Shown here one piece after another: positions 15,249 to 29,422 of a stretch of DNA of 64,000 bases. The translations under genes and the position numbers were made by a program. The notes under the pieces were generated by a model that was not told where the DNA came from, did no database searches, and saw only the letters and a list, made by a program, of their open reading frames with translations. Position 1 is the stretch's first letter, and each line of letters opens with the position of its first letter. The DNA comes from Octopus vulgaris. Taxonomy: Eukaryota. The stretch lies in assembly GCA_951406725.2 (NCBI GenBank), contig OX597820.1, positions 103,106,001 to 103,170,000 on the forward strand, written 5' to 3'.

Positions 15249-16073
15249 CTAGCAGTATTGCCCGGCTCGTGCGCTCGTGCGTTCTATGCACGCGCGAATT
15301 AAGCTAAACTTGGATGAAGTTCAATCAAAATTCAATTATTTTGGTTTTAAATTCAAGCATTTAATGTCCTCTATTTTTGCGCTTATGTGTTCCATTTCCT
15401 CAATAGGAAGTACGTAGAAGCGTTTCATAAATTTTTGTTGATCAAATAATTGCATTGTTGAATTATTCTTTTAGATCAGTATTTCTCAACGGGGATTTCA
15501 GGGGAGAGTTTCAGGGAGTCGCTGGCGATGTATCGTGATGATCAAAACTCCGGCCTGCTAAAATTTGGTTAAAGTGATTCAAACTGCAGACTCAACGCAA
15601 AATGGTCACATATAATTCAAAACGTTAAAAATGTTATGAAAACAATTGGTATGTGTTCACAGAGTTCAAACGATTAATACGAAAAAACCCTCCAGGCTAC
15701 ATCCCGAAAATTCATTTCTTTGCCGAATTTCTACAATGTTTACGGCGATTCGTTTTTATATCTTGATTTTTTTATTTTTCATGCAATTTACGCATGCTTG
15801 CACGCGTGGTGAACACAGTTCACGTCAAACAGCTGACTGAGTAAAGTTCACTATTCAATGCATGGGATAAGGCCTAAACAAACACATTATCGATTTTTGC
15901 ACTTGCGAGATGAATTTCGGAACAGAAATAGCGCAGTTCAATTTTCATTTGCCTAAACTTTAAGTGACCCATTTTTGGTGGTTTTACGATTTGTTGGCTA
16001 GGAGGAGATGCGCCGGGAAGTTAAACACACAGATACACACACAGACACACAAGTTGAGTTTTATATATATAGA
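15249..16073 (-). mobile_element. Non-autonomous Helitron
   Basis: The minus strand begins TCTATATATATAAAACTCAACTTGTGTGTCTG and ends ...GCCGGGCAATACTGCTAG|T, inserted between A and T. Its termini resemble the Helitron at 25615. Confidence 0.75.
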
Positions 16074-16108
16074 TAAATTCTATCCAAGGATTATTATTAT
16101 TACTCTGA

Positions 16109-16230
16109 GTGTGTGCGCGTGTGTGCGCGCGTGTGTGTGCGCGTGTGTGCGCGCGTGTGTGTGCGCGTGTGTGCGCGCGTGCGCGTGTGTGCGTGCGTGC
16201 GTGCATGTATGTATGTATGTATGTATGTGT
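16109..16230. repeat. (GT/GC)n and (TATG)n microsatellite
   Basis: Directly visible. Confidence 0.95.
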
Positions 16231-16883
16231 GCATGTACCAAGTCAAAACAAAACAACTTACATTGACAAGATTTTTTTTGTTATTACACGTTCCAATCTC
16301 ACTGAGTAGAAATTTACATTTCATAACACTGGAAGGTCAGTAGTACATGGACGTCGATCCATATTCTCCTAAGCAACAGCAATTTCGTCTTTAGCCAAGC
16401 TAAAAGTCAATAAATTTTAACGCTGTTTTAAATCTGCTGTGATGGCTGAGATATTTTGATTGCGATGTTTCACTATATTTTGCCATGACTTTACATGCCC
16501 GATTTTAAACCCTTTTGCAGTTCACTTTTGGATTGATAAAGTAAGTACGAGATGCACGTTGAAGTCGATTGAATCGACCCTAATTGTACGTCTACATAGA
16601 TTGTCATTACATCCAAGTACGAGAATTAAGCAATAGTGAGATGGTTTCAATTGCATCATTAATATCTCTTAAAAGACATAAATTTTACAGTATTTTGCTT
16701 AATATATTGTCAGAAAAATGTTGCTTTGTGGTAAGAATTTTACTTTCTAATCACATGGTTTCGAGTTCAGGCTCACTATGTGGCACCTTGGACAAGTGTC
16801 TTCTACTTATTACACTTGGCCGATCAAAGCCTTCTGAGTCGGCTAGGTAAATAGAAACTGGAAGAAACTGAATGAAACCCGTT

Positions 16884-17070
16884 GTATGTATGTATGTATG
16901 TATGTATGTATGTATGTATGTATGTATGTATGTATGTATGTATGTATCTATGTATCTATGTATCTATGCATGTGCGTATGTATGTACGTATGCATGCGTG
17001 TGTGTATGTATGTATGTATGTATGTATGTATGTATGTATGTATGTATGTATGTATGTATGTATGTATGTA
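16884..17070. repeat. (TATG)n microsatellite
   Basis: Directly visible. Confidence 0.95.
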
Positions 17071-17104
17071 TTCTCATGCATATAGTTGCATATCTAGATA
17101 TGTT

Positions 17105-17600
17105 CATATATACTTAAATGGTAAACTTCTGGAAAGTTTTACAGATATTTACAGTTCCAGTTATGGCTTGAATTTGTAGTCATCGAATCAGCTTTCTCCA
17201 TTCTAGTTGTGAGAAGCCTAATTTCCCAAGATTGGTATTTAGGCAGTGTCTCATATATCCCTGTGCCCCAATAATTAAAGTTATAAACCTGAACTTGTAA
17301 TCTGGGAAGAGTAACTGCAGATTTCTCAATAGTTCAGAGTAGGTATTCTCATTTTCACTGATCTTCAGCTTTATGTTAACATCCGCTGGGCAGCTTGATT
17401 TTCACAACTGTACACAGTTTCTCTTCTCTATCCCAAATCATAATATCAGGTCAATACACCTGATATGTTTACATTTTACTAAGGTTTTTCACTGAGAAAC
17501 TCCACCAAAACTCCTTTTTACTGTGAGTTGGTATGGCTTCTACCATATTGTGAGTTCTTATTTCTTTGTCCTCGGGGTCATCCCTTCGACGTATCTCATT
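17105..17600 (-). mobile_element. RLE-type non-LTR retrotransposon, 3' fragment
   Basis: Minus strand gives PDIMIWDREEKLCTVV...CPADVNIKLKISENENTYSELLRNLQLLFPDYKF...LQIQAITGTVNICKTF, a PD-(D/E)xK endonuclease. It lies between (TATG)n and (TG)n tracts. Confidence 0.75.
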
Positions 17601-17617
17601 ACATTATGTATGTGTGT

Positions 17618-17688
<71 letters not shown>

Positions 17689-18619
17689 TGTTTGTGTTCG
17701 TTCACACCACGCCGTCTGGCAACAGGTGCTGATTTATATTTTTACATCCCTGTTACTCAGGGATGTGATTCAGCAAGAGACACTGACTGATATTTACGAG
17801 ACTTAAAAAGATAAGTACTGGCGTCGGTTTATTCGACTAGACATTTCAAGATGCTACCCCGGCACGACCGTATTTCAATGACTGAAACAAGTAAAAGATA
17901 AAAGATAATATTTTTTAGTGACAAATGTAGGTATCAAGGTGTGATTTCGATTTAAATTGCTATACTGGAGCAAATTTACTTCCGTTACTTCGCAAGATTT
18001 CTTGGATAATAAGTAAATGTCACAACTAAATATTTCCTATTGAAAACAAATCAATATTTTAACGTAGAAAAGAATAGGATTGCACAGTGAAAGTTCCCAT
18101 TCTCTTTGAAAGACACATTTCAAGCTTTTTATTTGGGTTTTTTCTTTTTAGAGTAAGAACCGTATTGGAGACAATGGTGTCTTGAATTCATATAAACTAA
18201 TGAAGTTCAGAAAGCTATTGTGAAAGCAAAACAAGTTTTATAAAAAAAAATGTGTATACGAAAAATAAATACGCCCTCAAGGAAAGTATGACACACAAAG
18301 AGCGCAAAGTGCGTGTAGGTATATGCACGTGTAAACAAATAGATGTATGCACTACACACACGCACACTGTATAAATACTGTAACGTATAAGCATATTGAT
18401 ATATGTTCGTAAAATATGCATATAGATGCAATCTCAAATGTGCAAACACAGATACACGTATTCACATACATCTGCTTATACAAAAATTGATATTACTTTA
18501 TATCTTTACATACATGCATATATACACACATACTATACAAATATGAATATATATAAACATATTATATATTAATATACATAAATATATTATATATACATAT
18601 ATCTTTATATATATATATA

Positions 18620-19130
18620 TAGTAGTAACAGAAAAGAGGAATTTCGATTATCCCCACGTCGTGAGTTGTAACGTATATAAGAAATTAAAAAGGAAAATAC
18701 GCACACTTACATAGTTTTAATATAATGTTTAATATATCGACCGGTTTCGCTATCGCTATTCATGATATTATGTTTTACTTATTTGAATATATATTTTTTC
18801 TTAAGATTTTGTCCATGATGTGTGTGATGAAATTCACGAGTGAATGACTTCACAAGTAGATAAATAAAGGGAGGTAATTGGTTGTCGTTATTATTGTCTG
18901 TTTCTTTTTCTGTCAGGCCTTTTCCATGTAGAAGAATAAAGGATGCAAGATTTGTCATTGTTTTTTGTTGTTTATAGTTTATAAATTTTTCGTAGAAGGC
19001 CTCGTTTTCTAGTATGGATAGTACTAGTTTTTTATAGTGTTCTCTGTCCATCAGGACTGCAGCACTTCCTTTGTCAGCTTCTTTAATTGTCGTTTTCACA
19101 CACAAACTTGACAATTGTGTGTATATATAA
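18620..19130 (-). mobile_element. Penelope-like element fragment (RT start joined to a pLTR-like end with a decayed hammerhead)
   Basis: IKEADKGSAAVLMDREHYKKLVLSIL matches the Penelope RT ADKG motif; degenerate hammerhead at 18734-18768; ends at (TA)n. Confidence 0.7.
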
Positions 19131-19584
19131 TATGTACTCTCCGGTCGTTGGACGTCGTATAAAGGTTCGGCAATTTCTTGACGAAGAACCACACAGATGA
19201 TTTGCTTATAGTGATCAAATGTTTGTGTACAGTTAAGCTCACTCACACTATCAAATCGGCATTACCTGTACAGGTGCTCCGTGTTCCACATATCAGATAA
19301 CGAAATGATCACAGAGCAACGTGAAATGAAGAGCTTTGCTCAAGAACACAACGCAACGCCTGGTCTGAGAATCGAACCCACGATCTTGCTATCGTGAGTG
19401 CAACACCCTAACTGCTAGCACACACACACATATATACACTATATACACATACTGATATATGACCTACATTAAACCCCTTATTCGCATAATCACCGAACCT
19501 GGAGCTTAACTATGGTCTGGCCATAGCACTCACTAAGCATTGCCTGACACCTTTAGGTCTTATTGACACCATTACCTCTCATAA

Positions 19585-19621
<37 letters not shown>

Positions 19622-19623
<2 letters not shown>

Positions 19624-19925
19624 CTTAGAATAACTTAGAATAACTTAGAAAGGTTTTGGCCAGTATTGGCCCAGGCCATGTCTAACTTAATAGCACCACC
19701 TGGCGAAGTCTTTCAGTTCAGGATTTGGGCACCAAGGCCCATTTGAGCAGAGAGTTATTGTTTGCGGAGACATATCCGGGTGTGGGTGGTTTGTCCGGTA
19801 CTGTTTGAAGGAATTTGTCCAAAGACTTCTTGAATTTTGTGTGGTCAGTTTCTTTTTTGACGTGTCCTGGTGTAATGTTGAAGAGAGCGGATCTAATTGA
19901 GGTGAAATAGTTGTGCCGTATTGTC
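19622..19925 (-). mobile_element. CR1/L2-like LINE 3' end
   Basis: [21 protein letters not shown]...NNNSL C-terminus and a tandem TTCTAAGTTA tail; a homologous copy lies at 36400-36890. Confidence 0.7.
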
Positions 19926-19926
19926 G

Positions 19927-20130
<204 letters not shown>

Positions 20131-20342
20131 CGTACTCTGAAGTGTGCCTTTGATCATATTTACTCCATCAGATCTGATATGAGACTAACCAATAACAAAA
20201 ACCAGTCAATGGAAACGATATAGCAGCAGCTACAACTTCAACGCCAGTAACACCAGCACACAACCATCACCACCAGCAACAACAAACAACAACAATTACA
20301 ATACATACTTACATACATATATGCATACATAATACAAATGTG

Positions 20343-20377
<35 letters not shown>

Positions 20378-20425
20378 AACATGCACACACATATACACAC
20401 AAATACGCACACATACAGAGATCCA

Positions 20426-20435
20426 TAGACAGACT

Positions 20436-20474
<39 letters not shown>

Positions 20475-20498
20475 TGACAGACAGACAGACAGACAGAC

Positions 20499-20597
<99 letters not shown>

Positions 20598-20612
20598 AAG
20601 AAAGAAAGATAG
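20426..20612. repeat. (GACA)n/(GATA)n microsatellite
   Basis: Directly visible. Confidence 0.95.
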
Positions 20613-23173
20613 AACAGTACAGAATGTGCAATAAATAGAAAATACGATTTACTAGTTAATAAAATAGAATTTTATGGTAAATTGTATTATGTACGGTCGT
20701 AAAATTACAGTTAGCTTTCAGTAGAAAGGAAAAGAAAAGTAAATAAGTAAATTGTAAAATATTTGACAAGGAATAAATGTATTTCTGAATCATGAAAGGA
20801 GTAAAAGAATAAAACAATCACTAGACAAATAAAGTTCAATAATAAGTAGAGTTCAAAGCAATCTTGTAAGTTATTTACTTTGTAATCGTTGCTTTGACAT
20901 GTCTCATCACTACTTTGGCCAAGTACGACGATGACGACGTTTTGTACATTAGCTTAAAATAAGAGTGAAACATACCTTGAGTTGTCACCCTTACATGCCA
21001 AAATAATGTTTCTTCGAGAGGAGGTGACATGTTTAGGATAGAAGTTTTTTGGTAATCCATTTACGTAAGGCACTTGACCAGTAAAATTTCAAGTGCCTTT
21101 CGGTATGGGTTAAATTAATGAAGGCAATCTTAAATGTATGCGATCGTATTACTCAGAAAATTTTGTCAACGTGTCAATATTTGGCAATGCCAGTCACGAG
21201 CTATGAAGGAGAAAGGAAATCCTCTAAGTCCTTTATAAAGAATAAATTTCCGTCTACCATGATTTAAGGGTTCTTAACTTCACTATCCATGTTGTCGCTA
21301 GAAATTGTCATTGCAAAGAAACTCTCACTTTTGACAAAACTGTACATGAGTATGACTCTGGGGGAAAAATAGTATTTTGTAAATATGCTTCTTTGAGTAA
21401 ATATTCATAAAACTGTTTAGGATAAAAGTTTATATTAGCTGGGGTTTTGTAAGGTTTTATTTCGTCATTCTATGATGTTTCAAGCATGTATTTAAGAATA
21501 CGTTTATTTTAATTCCCCCATAACCCTAAAATTGTAAAGTATAAAATGTTTTCATTCAGGAAACTTTGGAACAGGACAATGGATATGAGTGCTAAGCAAT
21601 CATGGCTATTTTAATCTCTGAAGGAGGAAATTCACTGCTTGATCTTATTTTCAAGGACTTCTCTGCACTCTGTTTCCACCCTTGAGTTCATTGCAAATGC
21701 AGCAAGATCCATCGCACATTGTCACTGGTTTCGAAAGGTTCTACCAATGCAATTCAAGTTTCTCGGCCTCCAAAAGATAGATCCAACACTGAATATGGAG
21801 CTGTGGAATTCAGCTACTAATTATTAACTGAGACAAAAGTAAACATTGAAGAACCGCATGAGCTTGGCTGTGAGATGACAGTGCTACTATATAGCCTTTA
21901 GCATTAAAGAATATGGGTGGATTACAATCCCAAAAACAGTACAACTGCTGGCAATTAATTTTCAACAACTAACTAACGCTCGGTAAGCCACTTTACATCT
22001 CAGAAGTAAAAACAAACAGACCAAATCTAACACCAAACACTGACAAAATGGCGTCCAGCAAGCGAGGACAACGTACAGGACGGTAACTCTCAAGAAATTA
22101 TAGTTATTTTGCCATCATTGGTCCTTAAGCGAAAGGAACGAAAAAAACAGAACGATGGGAAATAAAGGGTAGTCAAATTTAAATTATTAATATAAAGGGA
22201 ACACAGGTTCGAATAATAAAGAAAGACGGTCACAAAGAGATAATACGTATAATAATATGCTGCAAAAATGTACGTTCCAATATACTCCAAATAATAAAAA
22301 AGAATTAACTGCAATGAACAAGCCAAACAAATAGGACATGGAAAACCACAAATAAGGACTTAAGTTTCCCTTCAACAGCAGACGATTAAATCTCGTAGCA
22401 ATTTCGGCACAGTTAGCGTCAGGATCGTTAGATTCAAGTGAGCCACTAGATTTAAATATAATTCTACTAGGGAATAGTGTACTAAAGACAGGAAGACAAG
22501 AAAGGATTGATATAATGAGACGTTGAACAGTGTATTAATATATATTGTTACACGAGACAAGATCACAATTTAACGAAAATATACGGAAAATTCCGGAAGA
22601 ATTATGTACGACAAATATTAATTATGTCAACAATAGTAAGGATATGGAAAATATTTAGCTTTATATAAGTGTGCTTGCTTGCGCGCGCGTGTGTGTGTGG
22701 GGGTGACTTGCCCGAGCAAGTAACTACTTTTCTTCCGGCGCAATTTTCCTACACACAGTCCCTGATGTGTCAGCCAGAAATACGAGTATGCCTCCGCCCG
22801 AGGAAAATATGAGCTAGCTTGTTTATACATTCGGCTATAAACTGAACTATCCCAGAATACACTCAAGGCATAAAACAGACTAGGTTACCTCATACCCTGC
22901 TAGAGCAGATTATTACACGCACACACACATATATACACACACATACATACACAGAAATTAGTCTTATAGCAGTTTTTTTTCAGTTGAGAGATTTGGCTAA
23001 ATTAGCTTAAATATCAATTTTTTTTAATTCACGCAGATATTGAATTATTGATTATATTTCTAACGCGGATGATTCAAATTTTTAAACTAAAATACACGAT
23101 TTTAATTGCATAAATGCCATGGCAAGCTTATCAAGTGCATATACTACAGTGATGCATAAATTAACAAGACTTA

Positions 23174-24453
23174 CTGGGGTGTTCATTAAAGATTTCCCCT
23201 GACCCACTTCCCGAGGACTGGGATAAACGAAACTTAGCATAATTATTAGTCCTTCTTTATATAGCCACCACCAATGGTGGCACATTTCTTCCATTGCTTT
23301 ATGCAGCTGTAATGATCTCGTCTGCAGAAGTCGGTAGGTTGTGCCTGGAATCAAGACTTTACCTCGGAATTAAGTTCATCTTCATCCGAAAAGTGCTTCC
23401 CCTTCAAAAAAGACTTCATGGTTGAAAAGAGGTGTAAGTCACATGAGGAGAGATCGGGAGAGCCAGGAGGATGAGGAAAGATTTCATAGCCGCAGGAATG
23501 TGCTTTCATCTGGGCAAAATGCGCATTGTGAACTGGGGCGTTGTTTTGGAGGAAGCGGACTCCTTTGATCAGTATGTCATGCCTCTCTGCTTTGATGGCG
23601 TCCTGCAATTTCTGCCGTAGAGAAGCATAATACTGTGATGCCTTTGCCAGAAAATCCATCTTTTGCCAGAAAATCCATCCTCACTGCTCCACGCTGGTCC
23701 GAAAATACTGTGAGCATCACCTTACCTGCTGAGGGTTGGACACGAGCCATCTTTGGAGGTGGTGAGTTATAATGTTTCCATTACTTCGACTGGACTTTAG
23801 TCTCAGGGTCATAGTGATGGATCCACGTTTCATCCCGTGTGATAAGTTTGCAGAAAAGGTCCTCCCTCGTTTTCTTGCCAAAAGAGGTTGGGAGCAATTG
23901 ACTCGTTCCTGCTTCTGAAAAGGTGTAAGCATCCGGGGAATCCATCGTGTAAACAACTTCCGCATGTGCAAATGGTTGTGAATGATTTTTTTCCACGGAC
24001 CCTACACTTATCTTCACTTCTTGGGCTAGTTTCTGAATAGTTATGTAGTGATCCTCCCAAAAGGTGACTTCCACTTTATGAATGGTGTCGTCATCAATGG
24101 CGGAATGTTGTCGTCCAGGAATAGGAACAGTTTCCACCGATGTCTGACCACATTTGAACTGGCAATGCCAGTGCTTAACTTCGTCGTATGATGGTGCATC
24201 GTCACCAGAAACTTCTTTCATCTCATCTAAAGTCTCTTTTAGTGTACGACCTTTCAAGTATAAGAACCTGATCACTGATCTGCATTAGTCCACCTTAGTC
24301 CACTTCAGCAGCCGTAAAAGACAAATGAATACTAGTGGAAAGCTACAATTTACAATGTGACATGTAGAGACATGTATAATTATACCTGTACAAGTTTCGA
24401 TTCTTTCAATAACCGGAAGGAGGTCAGGAAAAATCTTTAATGAACACCTCTCG
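23174..24453 (-). mobile_element. Full-length mariner transposon with TIRs; transposase disrupted
   Basis: TIRs GGGGTGTTCATTAAAGATTTCCCCTGACC and GGTCAGGAAAAATCTTTAATGAACACCTC, flanked by TA. Motifs WIPRML, ITRDETWIHHYDPETK, QNNAPVH, PHPPGSPDLSSCD. Confidence 0.9.
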
Positions 24454-25566
24454 TATATCTCATCACTGGTTACAACATTAAACTGCTCTGATATATTCTC
24501 AAGATATAATGTATGATCTGTCAAATTCTGGAGACTAAAGCCTGTAGGATACGTTTGATACTACATTAAATAGTCAATCTTGGTGTATATTGCAATATCA
24601 TATCCTATCAAAATTGCTGTGATCTCAGTATTAATCACTCGTACTCCATCCAGCGAGATTCCAGAGGCAAGCATACAGTCATTGACATTATGATTCAAGT
24701 AATGTTAAAGTTTTGTGTTGCTACACGACTCGATCTCGACTATTGCCATTACTTTTCCACTGATTCAATGAGTATATAACTGATAGATGACATCGCCCTG
24801 ACGTTTGCTTTGGCTGTGATTGTTCGGAAGATCGGTCAACGTATACTGAGTTTGTTTATATGTGAGCGTGTGTGTCTGTGTGGGTGTTTGTGTATGTGTG
24901 TATGTAGTAAAAAGATTTGCATGAACATAACAGAGAACACTTTAACTCGTCTCAATCGAGTTCAACAAAAGAACTCAGCAAATTAGGTGTAATACGTGAT
25001 TCTAAAAGTGTTCTATAATGAAAACATTAAACAGAAAGAAAAATTTAATACATCATTTGTTTGTATTAGAAATAAAAATTCTAGAGCAATTTACGTAATG
25101 GCAAGAATATTAAGACACATCAATGAACATCTAAAAGAAGTGTTTATGAAATAATGAAGTACTTAGACTTACTGGTTCATGAAATGGAGGATTTGGAGAT
25201 TGAATTTACTTAGGTTTAAAATTACTTATACCTAAAGTTGTATCAGTTTGTGATGGTACAGAACTAAATTGCATAATAAATATATATAATAAAAATTGTA
25301 TAGCATATATACTTTTGTATGGTATAGTATATAGTAAATATATTTAAATTGTGTTGCTTAATTCTTTTACTTGGTTCATTCATTTGACTGTGGCCATATT
25401 GGAGCACCACTTTAAAGTCGAAGAAATCGACCCCAAGACGACCTATTCTTTGTAAGCCTCGTACTTATTCAATCGCCTTCTTTGGCCGAACCGCTAAGTT
25501 ACGGAGACATAAACGCACCAGCATCGATTGTCAAGCGGTGGCGGGGGCACAAACACACACACACAC

Positions 25567-25614
<48 letters not shown>

Positions 25615-25617
<3 letters not shown>

Positions 25618-26000
25618 TTATATATAAAAGTAAGGTTGTGTGTCTGTCTCCTACGATTTAGATTCCTAACTACTCCCATTTTGCGGTGCAGTTTAACCGA
25701 AACCGGGTATCTTATAGTCGTGATTCATATCGAGCCCTTCTGGGTATTAGCGCGCGTCTATGATGAGTCTACGATTTAAAAGAAATTTACCATCATTTTT
25801 CCTTTTAATGCATTTTTTCGCTATTATATAAGGGAAGTAACTCTCTAAAAATGACTACGATGAGTCAACGATTTTAAAAAAATTTACCATCATTTTTTTC
25901 CATTTTTAATGCATTGTTTTGCATTTTTGGCTATAACTCTCTAAAAATGCTTATATAGTTATTTCCCTTACAAACCCGAGCAACGCCGGGCGATACTGCT

Positions 26001-26002
<2 letters not shown>
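25615..26002 (+). mobile_element. Non-autonomous Helitron
   Basis: 5' TC terminus; 3' hairpin CCCGAGCAACGCCGGG followed by ...CTGCTTG|T (CTAG variant); inserted in (TA)n. Confidence 0.8.
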
Positions 26003-26054
<52 letters not shown>

Positions 26055-26056
<2 letters not shown>

Positions 26057-26444
26057 AGCAGTATCGCCCGGCGTTGCTCGGGTTTGTAAGGGAAATAACT
26101 ATATAAGCATTTTTAGAGAGTTATAGCCCAAAAATAGCAAAACAATGCATTAAAAATGGAAAAAAAATGATGGTAAATTTTTTTTAAAATCGTTGACTCA
26201 TCGTAGTCATTTTTAGAGAGTTACTTCCCTTATATAATAGCGAAAAAATGCATTAAAAGGGAAAAATGATGGTAAATTTCTTTTAAATCGTAGACTCATC
26301 ATAGACGCGCGCTAATACCCAGAAGGGCTCGATATGAATCACGACTATAAGATACCCGTATATATATATATATATATACAAGCAGTATCGCCCGGCGTTG
26401 CTCGGGTTTGTAAGGGAAATAACTATATAAGCATTTTTAGAGAG

Positions 26445-26449
<5 letters not shown>
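26055..26449 (-). repeat. Inverted partial copies of the adjacent Helitron (26055-26358 and 26379-26449)
   Basis: Near-exact reverse complement of 25704-26002, sharing the CTTG end variant. Confidence 0.92.
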
Positions 26450-26491
<42 letters not shown>

Positions 26492-27289
26492 TCAAAGCAA
26501 AGATACAAAATCCTCTTAGAGGGATGTCGGCATCCAAGTTCCCTGGTTTTATCCAGTGTATCAGAGAAAAACTAAAGATATTAGTTTCACATTGCTGGAT
26601 ATGGGTATATTACCATTTTTGTATGAGAAAACGAAAATGGAGAAATTGATATATAGACATTAATTATTAGAACATATTCAATTCCGAACAATATCAGCTC
26701 CATTGCACCTACAGTTCTTTCCATGCCCAACCAACTCAATTTGAGAAATTAAATTAGATTAAACTGAAATAAATTTCCATACTGAATATCGTTAATTGGA
26801 CGTTTCGTCAGGGGAAGAATTTGATATAAAGGCGTTACATTCCAATGAGCCGTTTGATTCTTGTTACACTCAGATATGTGCGTTTTAGCAACCAGTGTAT
26901 TTTTTTAACCGTTATTTCTATATACGTATATGCAAATTTATTTATGCATGTGCACGTGATGTGTTGAGAAACGAAAGTATCTGTTAGTTAGCTTAAACAA
27001 TATTTCAATACGATTGCTTTACCTATAAATTAAAGCGGTATTCCTAATTTACATTATAAATTATGATAAATCGAAATGTCAGTAAAGTATTTAATCACTT
27101 TAAAAATATGTTATAATTCACCCAATTGTAATCTCTACTAATTACAGCTAAATAATAAATTATCATTATTATTTTTTTTTCTTAAACTTATAGTTACGCA
27201 TATGTTACGTGCGTGCGTTTGTTAATGTGTTGGAAGTTACTGGACGATGAGGAATCAAAACTGCTTACTATTTAGCAAAGTTAAATATT

Positions 27290-27503
27290 CTTTTCTACAC
27301 TAGGCACAAGGCCCGAAATTTAGGGGTAGAGATCCAGTCGATTACATCGACTCCAGTACGCAACTGGTACTTAATTTACCAACCCCGAAAGGATGAAAGG
27401 CAAAGACGACCTCGGCGGAATTTGAATTGAGAACGTAAAGACAGACGAAATACCGCTAAGCATATCGCCCAGTGTCCTAATGTTTCTGCCAGCTCGCCGC
27501 CTA
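27290..27503 (-). mobile_element. tRNA-derived SINE
   Basis: Same family as 4461-4672. Confidence 0.85.
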
Positions 27504-27899
27504 ACATATATGTACACAATATATTTATTTATAATAGTGAGAATAGATAGCAACGATTATAATTGAAGAAAGCATTAACGTTAACAAATCAAAATTAAGA
27601 AAAATTAAAACCATTCGTAAATTAATACGTAGTATCTTTAATCTAAAATTACCTGTTACTTTATAAATAATAATCCCAGATTCCTGAGGTACGTACTTAA
27701 ATTAACGTCCTAACAACCTTTATATAATACAGTTACTCGTAAATAAAACCTTATATTTATATTTACCATTTATTTTATGTTCTAATAAGATATCTACTAA
27801 GAATTATCTAATCTTTTTAGTTACAATTTGTAATACATTAATACTAAAATACCACCTAATTTATAGTCCTAGTATTCTTTACATCATATTCAGTTTAAT

Positions 27900-28560
27900 G
27901 GTAGATTTTGAAAACATATTTACAGGTGTGAACACATAATAGCCCGCCCTCTTGTTAAGGAGTCTCCGTCTAGAATTTAGGATTTTTGAATAATTCTTCC
28001 ACACAAAGAAACCAATAGGCATTTCCTATTTTGTAGGCACCGGCCTTGCTTATTATTTCCCACTCTAGAATAAACAATTTTTTTGTCCTATAAGTCCCAA
28101 ATAAATTTATTAAGGCTATTAGATGACTTGTTTTTATTATTAAAGGTGTAATTGCGATTAGCGATGCGTTTTTTGATAAAGTTTTCAGTTGCACCGATGT
28201 AAAAGAAATTCTTACCTTCAGATTTCACTCTACATCTATATGCTACATTTCTTTGCTTACAATAATTATAAAACAAACAGTTATTTATAACTTTGCAACC
28301 ACAATCTATGTTTTCCTTCCTATTCATATTACTGTTTTGATTTACACCATTTTGATTTACACCATTTTTCAGTATGGTGGTTATTTACTACTTTACTACT
28401 GTTCTTCAGGTTCGGATGGGATTTAATAGGAATTGTTTCCCCTTGTACATTAGAAGAATTAATTATGCATTCATTACTAACATTACTTCTTAGGTATTAA
28501 TATTGTCGCATTTAATCTTATCCTTACTGTTACAAAATTTTATAATATCCTCTCGTTAAG
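27900..28560 (-). mobile_element. Penelope-like GIY-YIG endonuclease fragment
   Basis: CGC...C...C linker, then NVAYRC...FYIGATENFIKKR...F...LNKFIWDL and LEWEII...AY...LCVEE...LLNKR. Confidence 0.8.
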
Positions 28561-28947
28561 GGAAGGATGGGCTTCCTTCAGTTTCGATCTACCAAACCCA
28601 CTCACAAGGCTTTGGTTGGCCTGAGACTATAGTAAAGACACGTGCCCAAGATGCCACGCAGTGAAACTGAACCCGGAACGATGTGGTTGAGAGGAAAGCT
28701 TTTTACCACACAACCACGCATATTTTAAAATAGTAAACTATCTATAAATCGTAAATATATATATATACAAATTGTATCGTTAAGATATGTATGTATATAC
28801 GTGTGTGAGTGTATGTGTAAAATAAATAAATAGTAAATACAATTTATTCTGTGTTTATATATATATATATAACCTGATATATACATATTTATATACACAC
28901 ACAGATAGCTAGATATAAATATGTATATATCAAGTTATGTGAATATG

Positions 28948-29064
<117 letters not shown>

Positions 29065-29339
29065 TTAATAAGGGTGAGAGAATTAGATACTAATTTAATA
29101 GTATATCTATTCTACACCAAGTGGCCTAGTGCTCCGAGAAACCTGGATTATTATAATATTTTATAATATATTATAATATTTTTACAAAATAAATATAAGA
29201 GAGTGGTCACTATATGGCTCACTCTAGCACCAGTTAATCCAAAAGGTTTCAACCACAAAAATACATGCTTCCCATGAAAGTTAGTACGATTGTTAGCTCA
29301 CACGGACAGGGCAAATAAAAAATAACAAAATACAGATTA

Positions 29340-29422
29340 TTTTGGGACAATTGTTTCGCTATTAATGAATTAAATGTAATTTTACTTACAATTAAAATCC
29401 ACTTGTAGCTCTTCAGCCAAAA
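29340..29422 (-). ncRNA. Type I hammerhead ribozyme
   Basis: Minus strand: UUUUGG-CUGAAGA-GCUA...UAGC-GAAA-CAAUUG-UC^-CCAAAA. 6-bp stem I, intact core, palindromic minimal stem III; predicted cut between 29346 and 29345. Confidence 0.85.

Noticed and set aside
16316-16400. Possible minus-strand exon (AG...GT bounded, one open frame WLKTKLLLLRRIWIDVH...)
   Set aside because: No recognisable homology and no partner exons; cannot be supported without RNA data.
26795-26820. CTGACGAAACGTC on the minus strand, resembling a hammerhead core
   Set aside because: No stem II or stem I could be assembled around it.
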